Shown here: positions 19,228 to 30,035 of the stretch, one piece after another
Layout: each line of letters opens with the position of its first letter
Numbering within the stretch: the stretch's first letter is position 1
Assembly (NCBI GenBank): GCA_963663385.2
Contig: CAXXXD010000003.1
Location: forward strand, 320,001-384,000
Reading direction: 5' to 3'
DNA: 64,000 bases
Origin: Oceanispirochaeta sp.
GTDB lineage: Bacteria > Spirochaetota > Spirochaetia > DSM-2461
Notes under the pieces: model-generated
Databases searched by the model: none
The model's input: only the letters and a program-made list of their open reading frames with translations
What the model was told of the DNA's origin: nothing
Made by a program: the position numbers and the translations under genes

Positions 19228-20304
19228 ATGCGGTATGACGAAATATATTCTGACTTAATTCAGCAAATAAAAGCAGGAAAATGGAAAAACGGTGATAAAT
19301 TACCAACAGAGAGAGAATTTTCAGAATACTACGGAGTATCCAGGCCTACTATTAGCCGAGTTATGAATCAACTCAGGGATGCAGGTTTACTTCGCCGTGT
19401 AATTGGAGCTGGCACTTATCTTACTGAAAATACTGAACAATCTGAAAGTCATAAAACTTTTGGTCTTTTTGTACCCGGGCTGGGCTTGGGAGAGATATTT
19501 GAACCAATCTGTACCAGAATTGCAGAATTATCAGATGAATACAAATTCAATCTGATATGGGGAAGCATACCCAATGTTCATTCACCGCAAATTGAGGAAA
19601 GACTTAAGCAGACAGCACAAAGGTTTATAGACCATGATGTAGATGGTGTGTTTTTCCAGCCTATAGAAAGGGAATCTGTTCAGGAACCAATAAACCAGCA
19701 AATCATTGATATGTTCACTGACTCCAATATACCAATCATATTAATCGATAGTGATTTTTTAAATTATCCCGAGAGAAGTCCCCATGACCTGATAGGTATT
19801 GATAATGTACAAGCCGGTCTTATATTATGTGAACATTTTCTTTCTAAAAAATCAGAAAGAGTTGATTTTCTATGCCAACCTAATACCGCTGGTACATACC
19901 GACTTAGATTAATAGGTTACAGGGAGGCATTAAACAGAGCCGGAATTTGTCCTGACAGTAATTATGAGCATGAAGGAAATCCCCGTGACAAATCTTTTGT
20001 ACAGGCACTAATAAAAAGCGGTGCAAAAAATATTATATGCGCAAATGATGAAACGGCAGTGCTCTTGATGCTTGAAATTGAAAATTTGGGTCTATCCATT
20101 CCTAGTGATATACGTATTGCTGGTTTTGATAATCTGAAATATGCCAGTATGGCACATGTTCCTCTAACTACAATGAGTCAGCCATGCAGTACAATCGGAG
20201 AAATGGCTGTTAATGCTATGCTCAATAGAATAAAAAATCCTACACACCCACCTTATACAATCATGACATCCGGAAAACTAATAATAAGAGAGTCCACAAA
20301 CTGA
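19228..20304 (+). CDS. GntR-family regulator with LacI-type sugar-binding domain (AraR-like architecture)
   Basis: KLPTERE...YGVSRPTI wHTH; C-terminal IICANDETA, IAGFDN, PLTTMSQP. Divergent from the ABC operon. Confidence 0.9.
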   Translation: MRYDEIYSDLIQQIKAGKWKNGDKLPTEREFSEYYGVSRPTISRVMNQLRDAGLLRRVIGAGTYLTENTEQSESHKTFGLFVPGLGLGEIFEPICTRIAELSDEYKFNLIWGSIPNVHSPQIEERLKQTAQRFIDHDVDGVFFQPIERESVQEPINQQIIDMFTDSNIPIILIDSDFLNYPERSPHDLIGIDNVQAGLILCEHFLSKKSERVDFLCQPNTAGTYRLRLIGYREALNRAGICPDSNYEHEGNPRDKSFVQALIKSGAKNIICANDETAVLLMLEIENLGLSIPSDIRIAGFDNLKYASMAHVPLTTMSQPCSTIGEMAVNAMLNRIKNPTHPPYTIMTSGKLIIRESTN

Positions 20305-20833
20305 GAGTTTTTAATAAAATGCAGCTATAGTCCTGTGAAATCTATTAATCATCAATTATTATAGTGATAAATATCTAAGTCCAGCTACATCTGTAACGTA
20401 TCATAACATAGATAAGTAAAGCTATTATTAGAAGAGTTGTTTTTTTATAGGATAAATCACCCTTTATATAGAATTCCCAGTGTGGATTTACAGAAAACCA
20501 TTTGGATATTTCAACAGTTAAATGATTGATAATCTGGCGTCTTAGCCAAAGTAGCGCAATAGGATGTTTTTCTTTGTCTGCATGAACCCGACTACTACTC
20601 ACGTTGGTGATTTTTTTTAATTTACTCGATGGAAATGTCTATTACCGAGAGCTTTTCTCTTCCTGGATATTTTTTTATTTATTCTTTCTCAAAGTCCTTT
20701 ATATATTCCTATTTTTAGAATATTATACCGGAACAATTTATAAGCTATTGTCATAAAGCATTACCATAACAGGTTTTTTCTACACCTCTAATAAAACCAG
20801 ATAATGGAATGACTCATCACGCAAGGAGTGAAA

Positions 20834-21526
20834 ATGGAATACTCTGTAGAAGTAAAAGAAATGTGTCCCATTTCCAGAGGACCCAAGCATGAATCTGCTC
20901 CCATCCCCATGGAAGGGCAGTTCAGAGTTGCAAAAGACGTAAAAGACATCTCCGGATTTACACATGGAGCCGGATGGTGTGCCCCTCAGCAGGGGGTATG
21001 TAAACTTTCTTTGAACATCAAGGAAGGTATTATTGAAGAGTGTCTGATTGAAACAATCGGATGTTCCGGTATGACCCATTCAGCTGCCATGGCATCTGAA
21101 ATCCTGACAGGAAAAACCATTCTGGAAGCCCTTAACACCGACCTGGTTTGTGATGCTATCAATGTGGCTATGCGGGAACTGTTCCTGCAGATTGCCTATG
21201 GTCGTTCTCAGACAGCATTCTCTGAAGGCGGACTGCCCATCGGAGCCGGACTGGAAGATCTTGGAAAGGGGCTTGTTTCCCAGGTAGGTACCACTTATGG
21301 AACCAGGGAAAAAGGTGCCCGTTACCTCAACCTGGCCGAAGGCTATATCACCAAAATCGCTTTGGATAAAAACAATGAAATCATCGGTTACGAATACGTT
21401 AAAACCGGACCCATGATGGATATGATAGCCAAGGGTACTGACGCTAACGAAGCTGTTAAAGCCAATACAAACAGCTACGGTCGTTTCGCCGACGGTGTTA
21501 AATTTGTTAACCCGAGACACGAGTAG
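20834..21526 (+). CDS. IscU/NifU_N-like protein associated with the GGGtGRT protein
   Basis: GWCAPQQGVC, ETIGCSGMTHSAAMASEIL, DLVCDAI; RBS AAGGAG. Confidence 0.85.
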   Translation: MEYSVEVKEMCPISRGPKHESAPIPMEGQFRVAKDVKDISGFTHGAGWCAPQQGVCKLSLNIKEGIIEECLIETIGCSGMTHSAAMASEILTGKTILEALNTDLVCDAINVAMRELFLQIAYGRSQTAFSEGGLPIGAGLEDLGKGLVSQVGTTYGTREKGARYLNLAEGYITKIALDKNNEIIGYEYVKTGPMMDMIAKGTDANEAVKANTNSYGRFADGVKFVNPRHE

Positions 21527-21543
21527 GGAGGAGCTGAATATTT

Positions 21544-22542
21544 ATGGCACTGTTTGAAAGTTATGAAAGAAGAATTAAACAGATTGAAGTTGTTCTGAAC
21601 GAGAATGGGATTGCGTCTCTTGAAGAAGCCAGGGAAATCTGTAAAGAGAAAGGCTTTGATCCTTATGACATTGTTAAAGAAACTCAGCCTATTGCCTTTG
21701 AAAATGCCTGTTGGGCTTATATCCTCGGTGCGGCAATTGCGATAAAAAGAGGCGTTACCAAAGCCTCCAAAGCGGCCGAAGTACTGGGCGAGGGACTGCA
21801 GGCTTTCTGTATCCCCGGTTCTGTTGCAGATCAGAGAAAAGTAGGTATTGGCCATGGAAACCTGGCAGCCCGTCTGCTCAGTGATGAATCCAGCTGTTTT
21901 GCTTTTCTGGCAGGACATGAATCTTTTGCTGCGGCAGAGGGTGCAATCAAAATCGCCCAGAACGCCAATACCGTAAGAAAAGCTCCCCTGAGAGTAATCC
22001 TGAACGGTCTGGGCAAAGATGCGGCATACCTGATTGCCAGAATCAACGGTTTTAACTATGTGGAAACCAAATACAACTACGAAACAGGTGAACTCTCTGT
22101 TGTAAATGAAACCAGATTCTCCGAAGGAGACAGAGGTTCCATTAACTGCTACGGTGTGGATGATGTTTCCGAAGGTGTTGCTGTTATGCATAAAGAGGGT
22201 GTTGATGTATCCATTACCGGAAACTCAACCAATCCCACAAGATTCCAGCATCCCACTGCCGGTATCTACAAAAAAGAGTGTAACGAGCAGGGGAAAAATT
22301 ACTTTTCCGTTGCCTCCGGTGGAGGAACCGGCAGAACCCTTCATCCCGATAATATGGCCGCCGGTCCCGCCTCTTACGGTATGACCGACACCATGGGAAG
22401 AATGCACTCCAGCGCTCAGTTCGCAGGCTCTTCCTCCGTTCCCGCTCACGTGGAAATGATGGGACTTATCGGTATGGGAAATAACCCCATGGTCGGTGCT
22501 TCCGTTGCTGTGGCGGTAGCTGTTGAAAAAGCAATGGCTTAA
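21544..22542 (+). CDS. GGGtGRT family protein
   Basis: Signature SVASGGGTGRTLHPDN; MALFESYERRI N-terminus. Confidence 0.93.
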   Translation: MALFESYERRIKQIEVVLNENGIASLEEAREICKEKGFDPYDIVKETQPIAFENACWAYILGAAIAIKRGVTKASKAAEVLGEGLQAFCIPGSVADQRKVGIGHGNLAARLLSDESSCFAFLAGHESFAAAEGAIKIAQNANTVRKAPLRVILNGLGKDAAYLIARINGFNYVETKYNYETGELSVVNETRFSEGDRGSINCYGVDDVSEGVAVMHKEGVDVSITGNSTNPTRFQHPTAGIYKKECNEQGKNYFSVASGGGTGRTLHPDNMAAGPASYGMTDTMGRMHSSAQFAGSSSVPAHVEMMGLIGMGNNPMVGASVAVAVAVEKAMA

Positions 22543-22566
22543 TCCCGGTTAGAAAATCTAATCCTG

Positions 22567-22606
22567 AAAAAGGCGTTTCTCCAAAAGCGGGAATCGCCTT
22601 TTTTTT
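22567..22606 (+). terminator. Rho-independent terminator
   Basis: AAAAAGGCG...CGCC followed by T8. Confidence 0.8.
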
Positions 22607-22669
22607 GTATTTGCGGGGAATATCAATTAAATTCTATTATATCTGAAAACAGAAAAGGATTGTTCCCGG

Positions 22670-25600
22670 ATGAAAAAAAAGGTAAACGAATTTGCACCTC
22701 TTACTCTTCTGCTTCTACTGATTATTCCGGGGAATCTCTTTCCCCTTCATCTCTTTTTTGGAGTGGACTTCATCTTCGGGAATATCCCGGTTTTTCTGAT
22801 CGCCTTTATTTATGGTCCTCTATGGGCCCTGTTTGCGGGGATCCTCTCCTCGGGAGTGTCCTATTTCCTCTGGGGTCATCTAATGGTTTCTCCCGTGTTT
22901 ATAAGTGAAGCATTGATGATCGCTCTTTTATTCAAAAAGCGGAAGAAGGGGAATCCCATTGATTATGTTATTGTTTATTGGTTTACCCTGGGGATTCCTG
23001 TCAGTTTCCTTGCCTATAGACTGGGGATGGGGCAGAGTATGACTATATACTTAATGACTGTGTCAAAACAGTTTATTAATTCTGTGTTCAGTGCTTCCAT
23101 CTGCGGACTCCTGTTATACTGTCCTCTTTCTTTTCTGAAACTTCGAAAAGAACATCCATCCCGTCGGCTGGTTCCGGCCTACAATCTTTTCAGTTCTGTT
23201 TTCGTGATTTTTATGGTCAGTACTGTTATATTGATCCTTGTTGTGGAAAACAGGGATTTTGAGAAACGTTCTGTTAACGACGTCAAATCAAGACTCATTA
23301 CAATAAATAACAGCCTGATAACTCATTTAAACAGCTGGAAAGAAAGGAATCAGTTCGTTCACTTTAGAATGTCCTATGAAGTGGGGCAGATTTTAAGCGG
23401 ATCCCATACGGCTGAACTTCAGGGGTTTCTTGAAAAGATACATAGTATTACTCCGGATCATGAGAACCTTTATGTGGGAAACAGGGAAGGGATTGCTATT
23501 GCCTTTTCTCCGAAACTCAGTCTGCAGGGAGAGTTCAACATTGGAAAAGATCTGTCTGACAGGGCTTACTATAAACAGGTTCTGCACAGTCAGGCTCCTG
23601 TTTTTTCTCATTTGCTTATTTCCCGGGACTCTTCAGAACCGATTGTAGGAATAGCTTCTCCCGTTCTGATTGACGGTGACTTTAAGGGATACCTTTTCGG
23701 GGGACTGAAACTGGATGGAATCGAGAGCTCATTGCGGGAATTTCAGAATAGCGGGGAACAAACCCTGACCCTCATTGATCCCGATGGAAAAGTGATTGTT
23801 TCAACCGGTAAATTTAAAACAATGGATCTCTTCCGAACTGAAGAGAAGGGGACGCGCAAGGCCCTTGGTGAAGGAGTGATTCACTGGTTTCCCGAAGATG
23901 CTCCGTCGGCTATGCAGAGTTACAAAGAATCATTCCTTTATTATAAATCGGCGGTACCCGATCTGAACTGGACAATCTATATCGAGGAATCCTTCAAAAA
24001 ACAGGCGGATATTTTCCTGAATATAAGCCTGCGCAATAACCTTATAGCCATCTTGCTTATCCTGATCCTGCTTCCATTAATGAAAATCTCCTTAAGAGGT
24101 TTTCGAAGGATCCTGGAACATCTTATCGAAGTAAGTATGAGGCAGGCAAATGATCCTCTGCCGGACTCGGAATGGCCGAAAACCTCAATTCTGGAACTTC
24201 ATAATCTGATAAAACGGATCAGGAATATTGTGGAGGATCAGAGAACCAGTTCCTACCTTATGCAGGAGCAGAATAATAAATTATCCGGAATGAATGCCGC
24301 TCTTGTAAGAAGTGAAGAGAACCTGCGTATTACAATGGCTTCTATTGGAGACGGTGTTCTTGTGACCGATGCAAAGGGCAAAATTGTAAATCTTAACCCG
24401 GTTGCTTCCAGTTTAAGCGGCTGGTCACTGGAAGATGCCTTACATCACAATATCGAGGATATTCTGAATCTGAAAGAGGAATTTTCAGGTATCACTCCTT
24501 CCGGCTTTCTGGATCGTGTTCTAAACCGCGGGACGTCTCTGGTGTCAGGGAAAGTCTATATTTTGAAGGATCTGGATGGGAATGTCAGAAATATTACTTT
24601 GGGAGCTGAACCGATCCGAATCAGCCAGGAGTCGGAAATCAGAGGTGCTGTTATTGTAATAAGGGATATTTCAGAGAGTCGAAGGTTGGAGGAGCAGCTC
24701 CGTCAGGCTCAGAAAATGGAAGTCATCGGACAGCTGGCCGGCGGAATTGCCCATGATTTTAATAATCTTATGGCGGGTATTATCGGGTTGAATGAGATGA
24801 TATTGTCCGATCTGCCGGAAGACTCTCCCGCTTGTGAATCTTCCCAGGGAATCTCTACTCTTGTAGGTAAGGCGGCCGATCTGACACGCAAACTCCTGGC
24901 TTTCTCAAGAAAAGGGAAAATGACCTCAAAGGTTTTTGATGTTCATGAGGTGATAGATATTACAGTTGATATTCTTGAACGGACTATTAATAAATCCATA
25001 CATATTGAGAAAAATCTGGATGCAAAATCCTTTAATATTGCAGGGGATCCGACTCAGATTCAGAGTGTATTTATGAATATTGCCCTTAATGCGAGAGATG
25101 CCATGCCCGAAGGGGGAACTTTAAGTTTTATTACCGATTTAACCCGGGGGCTTCAAAGTGTGGAAACTTCCACAGGGATCAAGATGATAACCGGACCGCA
25201 TATCTGTATCACTATCCGGGATACGGGTGAAGGTATCGACAAGGAATCCTTTCCGCATATTTTCGAACCTTTTTTTACAACAAAAGGGGTCGGTCAGGGA
25301 TCGGGAATGGGTCTTCCGGCTGTTTTCGGAGCTGTTTCTGAGCACAATGGTATGATTGAAGTAAAGTCGGAAGTCGGGAAAGGTACGACTTTTAATCTTT
25401 ATTTTCCTATAGCCCAATCCAGAAAAATCCTTTATGAGCCGGATGAACTGGCTATTATGAGGGGAGAGGAAACCATCCTGGTGATTGATGATGAAGAAAT
25501 TATACGGAATTCTCTGAGAGCTATTCTTTCCGAGCTCGGATACAATGTGTATATAGCCTCCGGCGGCCTGGACGGATTGGAGATGTACAAAGCCAGGGAG

Positions 25601-25831
25601 AGTGAAATCTCTCTGATCATACTTGATGCTGTAATGGCGGATATGTCCGGCCTTGATGTTCTCAATGCATTGAAAGAGATTGATCCCCTGGTAAGAGTCA
25701 TTATTGCCACCGGGTATTCCAGTGAATCCAGGAGTGACCAGTTCCGGGATGCCGGCGCATTGGATTTTATTCCCAAGCCATTTACAATCGATGATCTTAA
25801 TAACAGGATACGCCGGGTGCTTAACAGTTGA
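22670..25831 (+). CDS. Hybrid sensor histidine kinase (multi-TM N-terminus, dCache, PAS, HisKA, HATPase, REC)
   Basis: DLSDRAYY (Cache); SIGDGVLVTD (PAS); GGIAHDFNNL; FEPFFTTKG..GSGMGL; ILVIDDE...IPKPF. Confidence 0.93.
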   Translation: MKKKVNEFAPLTLLLLLIIPGNLFPLHLFFGVDFIFGNIPVFLIAFIYGPLWALFAGILSSGVSYFLWGHLMVSPVFISEALMIALLFKKRKKGNPIDYVIVYWFTLGIPVSFLAYRLGMGQSMTIYLMTVSKQFINSVFSASICGLLLYCPLSFLKLRKEHPSRRLVPAYNLFSSVFVIFMVSTVILILVVENRDFEKRSVNDVKSRLITINNSLITHLNSWKERNQFVHFRMSYEVGQILSGSHTAELQGFLEKIHSITPDHENLYVGNREGIAIAFSPKLSLQGEFNIGKDLSDRAYYKQVLHSQAPVFSHLLISRDSSEPIVGIASPVLIDGDFKGYLFGGLKLDGIESSLREFQNSGEQTLTLIDPDGKVIVSTGKFKTMDLFRTEEKGTRKALGEGVIHWFPEDAPSAMQSYKESFLYYKSAVPDLNWTIYIEESFKKQADIFLNISLRNNLIAILLILILLPLMKISLRGFRRILEHLIEVSMRQANDPLPDSEWPKTSILELHNLIKRIRNIVEDQRTSSYLMQEQNNKLSGMNAALVRSEENLRITMASIGDGVLVTDAKGKIVNLNPVASSLSGWSLEDALHHNIEDILNLKEEFSGITPSGFLDRVLNRGTSLVSGKVYILKDLDGNVRNITLGAEPIRISQESEIRGAVIVIRDISESRRLEEQLRQAQKMEVIGQLAGGIAHDFNNLMAGIIGLNEMILSDLPEDSPACESSQGISTLVGKAADLTRKLLAFSRKGKMTSKVFDVHEVIDITVDILERTINKSIHIEKNLDAKSFNIAGDPTQIQSVFMNIALNARDAMPEGGTLSFITDLTRGLQSVETSTGIKMITGPHICITIRDTGEGIDKESFPHIFEPFFTTKGVGQGSGMGLPAVFGAVSEHNGMIEVKSEVGKGTTFNLYFPIAQSRKILYEPDELAIMRGEETILVIDDEEIIRNSLRAILSELGYNVYIASGGLDGLEMYKARESEISLIILDAVMADMSGLDVLNALKEIDPLVRVIIATGYSSESRSDQFRDAGALDFIPKPFTIDDLNNRIRRVLNS

Positions 25832-25854
25832 GATAGGTTGTCCTCTGCCGTCAA

Positions 25855-25912
25855 CCCTCTCCCGGTCTCCCCTTGCCCCCCTACTTTGGAGATTGAGTGG
25901 GGCTGGGGAGGG
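25855..25912. repeat. Pyrimidine/purine-skewed palindromic element between convergent genes
   Basis: CCCTCTCCCGGTCTCCCC...GGGGCTGGGGAGGG; resembles 43265-43301. Confidence 0.45.
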
Positions 25913-25920
25913 CGTTTATA

Positions 25921-27525
25921 TTAAATGAGGTTTTCAACGGCTGAACGTTCAATGGCAAGGCCCTTGTGGTAACGTTCAAAGAAAGCCTGGAATCCCTCTG
26001 CATCGGCCGGATCCGGCTTAACAGCTTCTCCCATGCTCTCTTTAAAAACTGTACTGATAAAATCCGGAAAACTGAGATCTTCCCCTTTGTTGACCATGTA
26101 GGAAGCCAGCAGGGCGATTCCCCAGGCGCCGCCTTCTCCGGCTGTTTCCAGTATGGAGATGGGTGTGTTGGTAGCCGCTGCCATGATCCGGCATCCCACT
26201 TCTGCCGCTTTGAAGAACCCCCCATGACCGCGAATCTCATCAACTTCAACGCCCTCTTCCTCAAAGAGAATGTTCAATCCCGTACGCATGGCGCACAGGG
26301 CTGTGAAAAGGTGGGAGCGCATAAAATTCGGCAGGGTAAATTTCCCCTCGGGGGGGCGGACAAACAGGGGTCTTCCTTCCGAAAACCCGGTCATATGCTC
26401 TCCTGAAACGTAACCGATACTCAGCAGGCCGCCGCAGTCGGGATCTGCTTTCAGGGACTGTCCCAGAAGGGTATCATATAATTGGGGAGTGGATACTTCA
26501 AATCCGAGGGCTTTTACCGCTTCTCCCAGCAGATTGATCCAGGCATCATAATCGGAACTGCAGTTATTGGAATGAGCCATGGCAACCAGATGCCCGTCGG
26601 GTGTTGTTACAAGATCAAGTTCATGATGAACCTTTGACAGCTCCTTTTCCAGAACAATCATGGCAAATACGGATGTTCCTGCCGAGACGTTTCCGGTTCT
26701 TACGGCAACACTGTTGGTGGCGACCATCCCGGTACCGGCATCTCCCTCGGGGGGACAGACAGGAATGCCGGCCTGCAGTGTTCCGCTGGGATCAAGCAGT
26801 TTGGCTCCTTCTTCGGTAAGATACCCGGCATTCTGCCCTGCTACCAGAACTTCCGGCAGAATATTTTTCAACTTCCAGTCAAATCCCCTGCTGGAAATCC
26901 TTTTATCAAATTTATCACACATATCGGTGTTGAAGTCGCTTGTTTTAAGATCAATGGGGAACATTCCGGATGCTTCTCCGATTCCCATAACTTTTCTGTC
27001 TGTCAGTTTCCAGTGAACATATCCGGCCAGAGTGCTTAGATAGTCGATATCTTTTACATGATCTTCCCCATTGAGGATGGCCTGATAAAGATGGGCCACA
27101 CTCCACCGCTGGGGTATAGGGTACTGAAAGAGTTCTGCCAGTTCCTTTGAAGCCTGTCCGGTAAAATTGTTCCGCCATGTTCTGAAGGGAACCAGCTGTT
27201 TCTCACTTTTGTCAACAACGATATAGCCGTGCATCATACCGCTGAAACCCAGGGCTTTCAGTTTTGTAATTGTCACGCCATATTCGGACTGAACATTTTT
27301 CACAAGATCCGCATAGCTGGACTGCAGTCCTTCCCAGACCTCATCCAGAGGGTAGGTCCATATGCCGTCTACCTGGGAATTCTCCCAGCCGTGACCTCCC
27401 GAGGCCAGAGGGTTGTTATCAGGACCTATCAATACGGATTTGATTCGGGTGGATCCCATTTCAATTCCAACAACAGCTTCGCCGTTTTTAATAATTGCGG
27501 TGACTTCAGATTTTTCAATACTCAT
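25921..27525 (-). CDS. araB: FGGY-family pentulose kinase, probable L-ribulokinase (alternative AraB/AraK type)
   Basis: [39 protein letters not shown]; shares an operator with the lacI-araD-araA operon. Confidence 0.8.
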   Translation of the reverse strand: MSIEKSEVTAIIKNGEAVVGIEMGSTRIKSVLIGPDNNPLASGGHGWENSQVDGIWTYPLDEVWEGLQSSYADLVKNVQSEYGVTITKLKALGFSGMMHGYIVVDKSEKQLVPFRTWRNNFTGQASKELAELFQYPIPQRWSVAHLYQAILNGEDHVKDIDYLSTLAGYVHWKLTDRKVMGIGEASGMFPIDLKTSDFNTDMCDKFDKRISSRGFDWKLKNILPEVLVAGQNAGYLTEEGAKLLDPSGTLQAGIPVCPPEGDAGTGMVATNSVAVRTGNVSAGTSVFAMIVLEKELSKVHHELDLVTTPDGHLVAMAHSNNCSSDYDAWINLLGEAVKALGFEVSTPQLYDTLLGQSLKADPDCGGLLSIGYVSGEHMTGFSEGRPLFVRPPEGKFTLPNFMRSHLFTALCAMRTGLNILFEEEGVEVDEIRGHGGFFKAAEVGCRIMAAATNTPISILETAGEGGAWGIALLASYMVNKGEDLSFPDFISTVFKESMGEAVKPDPADAEGFQAFFERYHKGLAIERSAVENLI

Positions 27526-27544
27526 TATTTATCTTCCCCTTTTT

Positions 27545-27592
27545 TGTGCGTGGTCGATAACGCATTGTAATAGCGCTTCCGGGATCTGTCAA
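27545..27592 (-). promoter_or_regulatory. sigma70 promoter with overlapping LacI-type operator
   Basis: TTGACA (27592-27587) - 17 nt - TACAAT (27569-27564); operator AATGCGTTATCGACCACGCACA (27566-27545). Confidence 0.8.
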
Positions 27593-27655
27593 TCGCTTTG
27601 TATGGTTCCGGAAACCTCAAAACAGTGACTAAATCCTTTATCTTCCTAAAATTAG

Positions 27656-27686
27656 GCCTGAAACCATCATAATAGAGGGTTTCAGG
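27656..27686. repeat. Palindromic element, copy 1 (GCCTGAAA...GAGGGTTTCAGG)
   Basis: Same two blocks recur in the same orientation at 47656-47679. Confidence 0.5.
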
Positions 27687-27826
27687 GGATATCGTATATA
27701 TAATAATATGAAAAATAATTTTGTAAAATGCATTTTTGTAATTATTGTGAAAGAAAAAATCGGATGTTCCATCCAACTTCCATACAGTCCGGGATTCCGG
27801 TTTTTCTCACGGCTCAGACTGTACCA

Positions 27827-28516
27827 TTACATTTGTCCATAATAGGCGTTCTCGCCATGTTTTCTCAGAAAATGCTTTTTTAACAGCTGCTCCGGCATAT
27901 GCGGTACAGAAGGGCTGCCGGTTTCGAGAACCCAGGCCATAAACGCCACCTCTTCGAGCACGACAGAGTGGTAAACAGAGTCATGAGCATTCTTTCCCCA
28001 TGTAAAGGGACCATGGTTGCTTACCAGAACCGCGGGGATTTTCATAGGGTCCTTAGTACAGAATCGTTCGACTATAACTTTGCCCGTATTTTTTTCATAC
28101 CCGGATTGGATTTCTGCACTTGTGAGATCTCTTGTGCAGGGAACAGGTCCGAAGAAATAGTCGGCATGAGTCGTCCCGTACGGAGGAATCTCCTCTTTAG
28201 CCTGAGAAAAAATGGTTGCCCATCTGGAATGTGTATGGCAGACGCCGCCTATGTTTTCAAAAGCTTTATAAAGTTCCAGATGGGTCGGCGCATCTGAGGA
28301 TGGTTTGAGGTTCCCTTCCACCACGTTGCCTTCCATATCCAGAATTACAATATCTGACGGGACCATCCGATTATACTCCACTCCGCTTGGTTTTATGGCA
28401 ACCAGTTTCTTCTCCCGGTCAATGGCGCTGACATTGCCCCAGGTATAAATGACAAGATTCTTTTTTTGCAATTCCAGGTTTGCCTGAAATACTTCTTCCT
28501 TTAATTCTTCCAGCAC
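27827..28516 (-). CDS. araD: L-ribulose-5-phosphate 4-epimerase (AraD/UlaF/SgbE family)
   Basis: TWGNVS, IKPSGV, PSSDAPTH, HTHS, GTTHADYF, HGPFTWG, RKHGENAYYGQ; GTG start 28516 with GGAG. Confidence 0.92.
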   Translation of the reverse strand: MLEELKEEVFQANLELQKKNLVIYTWGNVSAIDREKKLVAIKPSGVEYNRMVPSDIVILDMEGNVVEGNLKPSSDAPTHLELYKAFENIGGVCHTHSRWATIFSQAKEEIPPYGTTHADYFFGPVPCTRDLTSAEIQSGYEKNTGKVIVERFCTKDPMKIPAVLVSNHGPFTWGKNAHDSVYHSVVLEEVAFMAWVLETGSPSVPHMPEQLLKKHFLRKHGENAYYGQM

Positions 28517-28520
28517 TGTT

Positions 28521-30035
28521 CTACTCCATTCCTTTCCATAGTCCGTCCAGGGAGTCCGAAATCTTTCTGTAAATGGTATATTTCCTGGAATAGACTTCTG
28601 TTCTTGATTTGTCAGGTTGAATTTTCTTTCTGATTTTAACCATTTCCAGGGCTGCTGCATTCAGACTGTCGTATTCACCTTCTGCAACAGATGCCGCCAT
28701 GGCACAGCCTAGAGCCCCGAGCTCTTCCGTCTCAATGGTTTCGACAGGTAAATCAGAAATATCCGCAAACATCTGGGCCCATACGGACGATTTGGCTGCC
28801 CCTCCGGCCAGCCGGATTGCCCGGGTTTCCTCCCTGTTCTGCAGGAGCTTTTCGATATGCACCATATGACAGAAAACAATCCCCTCAAATACAGCTCTGA
28901 TCATATCGGCTCTTGTGTGGGATCTGTCCAGTCCGATAAAGCAGGATCTGGCGTTGGGATTATAGTTGGAACCGAACAGGAATGGGAGATAATACAGGGA
29001 ATGATCTTCCGGATTTATTGAATTAACCAGTTTGTCACAGTACTGATAAATATTTATTCCCAATATGTCCGCCTCCCTTTTCTCTCTGTCCAGAAAGGTT
29101 TCTACAAACCATTCAAGATTGCCTGCTGATGTGGGGCTGCACTCTTCAATCAGGTAATAACCATCCAGACAATAGAGGGAATTCATCATGACGCTATGAT
29201 TTGTTACAGGTCCTTTAGATATGTATTCATTGATACTCCAGGTTCCTGCAATAACACAGATATTTTTCTCATCCGTTATGTCCATGGCAATTGAACAGGC
29301 ATCTATATCAAACATCCCTCCTGCAACAGGTGTTCCCTGGACAAGACCCGTCTGTTCTGCTGCTTCCCGGGTTATGTATCCGCATATATCCGTAGACTTT
29401 CTGATTGGCGGCAGTTTTTCATACAGGTCCTCCAGGTCAAAGAGTTTTAACAGTTCTCTGTCAAAATCACAGGTTTTCAGGTTCATCATACCGGAGCCGG
29501 AATAGTCTGTTCTTTCTGAATAAGCCTCGCCGGTGAGCCGGAACCGCATATAATCCTTGACTTCAAAAATCCATTGTATCTGTTCTATAACTTCCGGGCT
29601 ATTATCTTTGAACCAGTTTAAAAGGGAAACAGGCTGACAGGCGAGAATCTTCTGGAATGTTTTTTCAAACGCCTTCAGGGCTGTTCCGTCTTTCTCCCAT
29701 TTTACTGGATACTCCCAGGCTCTCGTATCGGTTGATACAATGCCGTTGTAGCAGGGGGTATTGTTCTTTCCCCAGAGGTAAAGCCCTTTTCCATGGCCGC
29801 TGCAGGCTACACCCCTGATCATTTCCGGAGATATTTCAGCCCGGTCCAAGGCATTGCGTATAGCTTTTGCATTGCTGTTCCAGAGGTCCGTCATATTCCT
29901 TTCTGTATAGCCGGAATGGGGCGTATGCAGTTCCAGTTTGCAGGATGAAGACGAGATCTCTTCTCCCTTTGAGTTGAAAATAACAGCTTTGCACAAAGTT
30001 CCTCCGTTATCAATTCCCATATAATATTTGGTCAT
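28521..30035 (-). CDS. lyxK: L-xylulose/3-keto-L-gulonate kinase (FGGY family)
   Basis: GIDNGGT, SGHGKGLY, GIVSTDTRA, GMFDIDAC, AGTWSIN, PTSAGNLEWF. Confidence 0.85.
   Translation of the reverse strand: MTKYYMGIDNGGTLCKAVIFNSKGEEISSSSCKLELHTPHSGYTERNMTDLWNSNAKAIRNALDRAEISPEMIRGVACSGHGKGLYLWGKNNTPCYNGIVSTDTRAWEYPVKWEKDGTALKAFEKTFQKILACQPVSLLNWFKDNSPEVIEQIQWIFEVKDYMRFRLTGEAYSERTDYSGSGMMNLKTCDFDRELLKLFDLEDLYEKLPPIRKSTDICGYITREAAEQTGLVQGTPVAGGMFDIDACSIAMDITDEKNICVIAGTWSINEYISKGPVTNHSVMMNSLYCLDGYYLIEECSPTSAGNLEWFVETFLDREKREADILGINIYQYCDKLVNSINPEDHSLYYLPFLFGSNYNPNARSCFIGLDRSHTRADMIRAVFEGIVFCHMVHIEKLLQNREETRAIRLAGGAAKSSVWAQMFADISDLPVETIETEELGALGCAMAASVAEGEYDSLNAAALEMVKIRKKIQPDKSRTEVYSRKYTIYRKISDSLDGLWKGME

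Noticed and set aside
20305..20780. 75-aa ORF (20375-20602) or mobile-element remnant at the island edge
   Set aside because: No RBS, no recognisable motif and no terminal repeats found.
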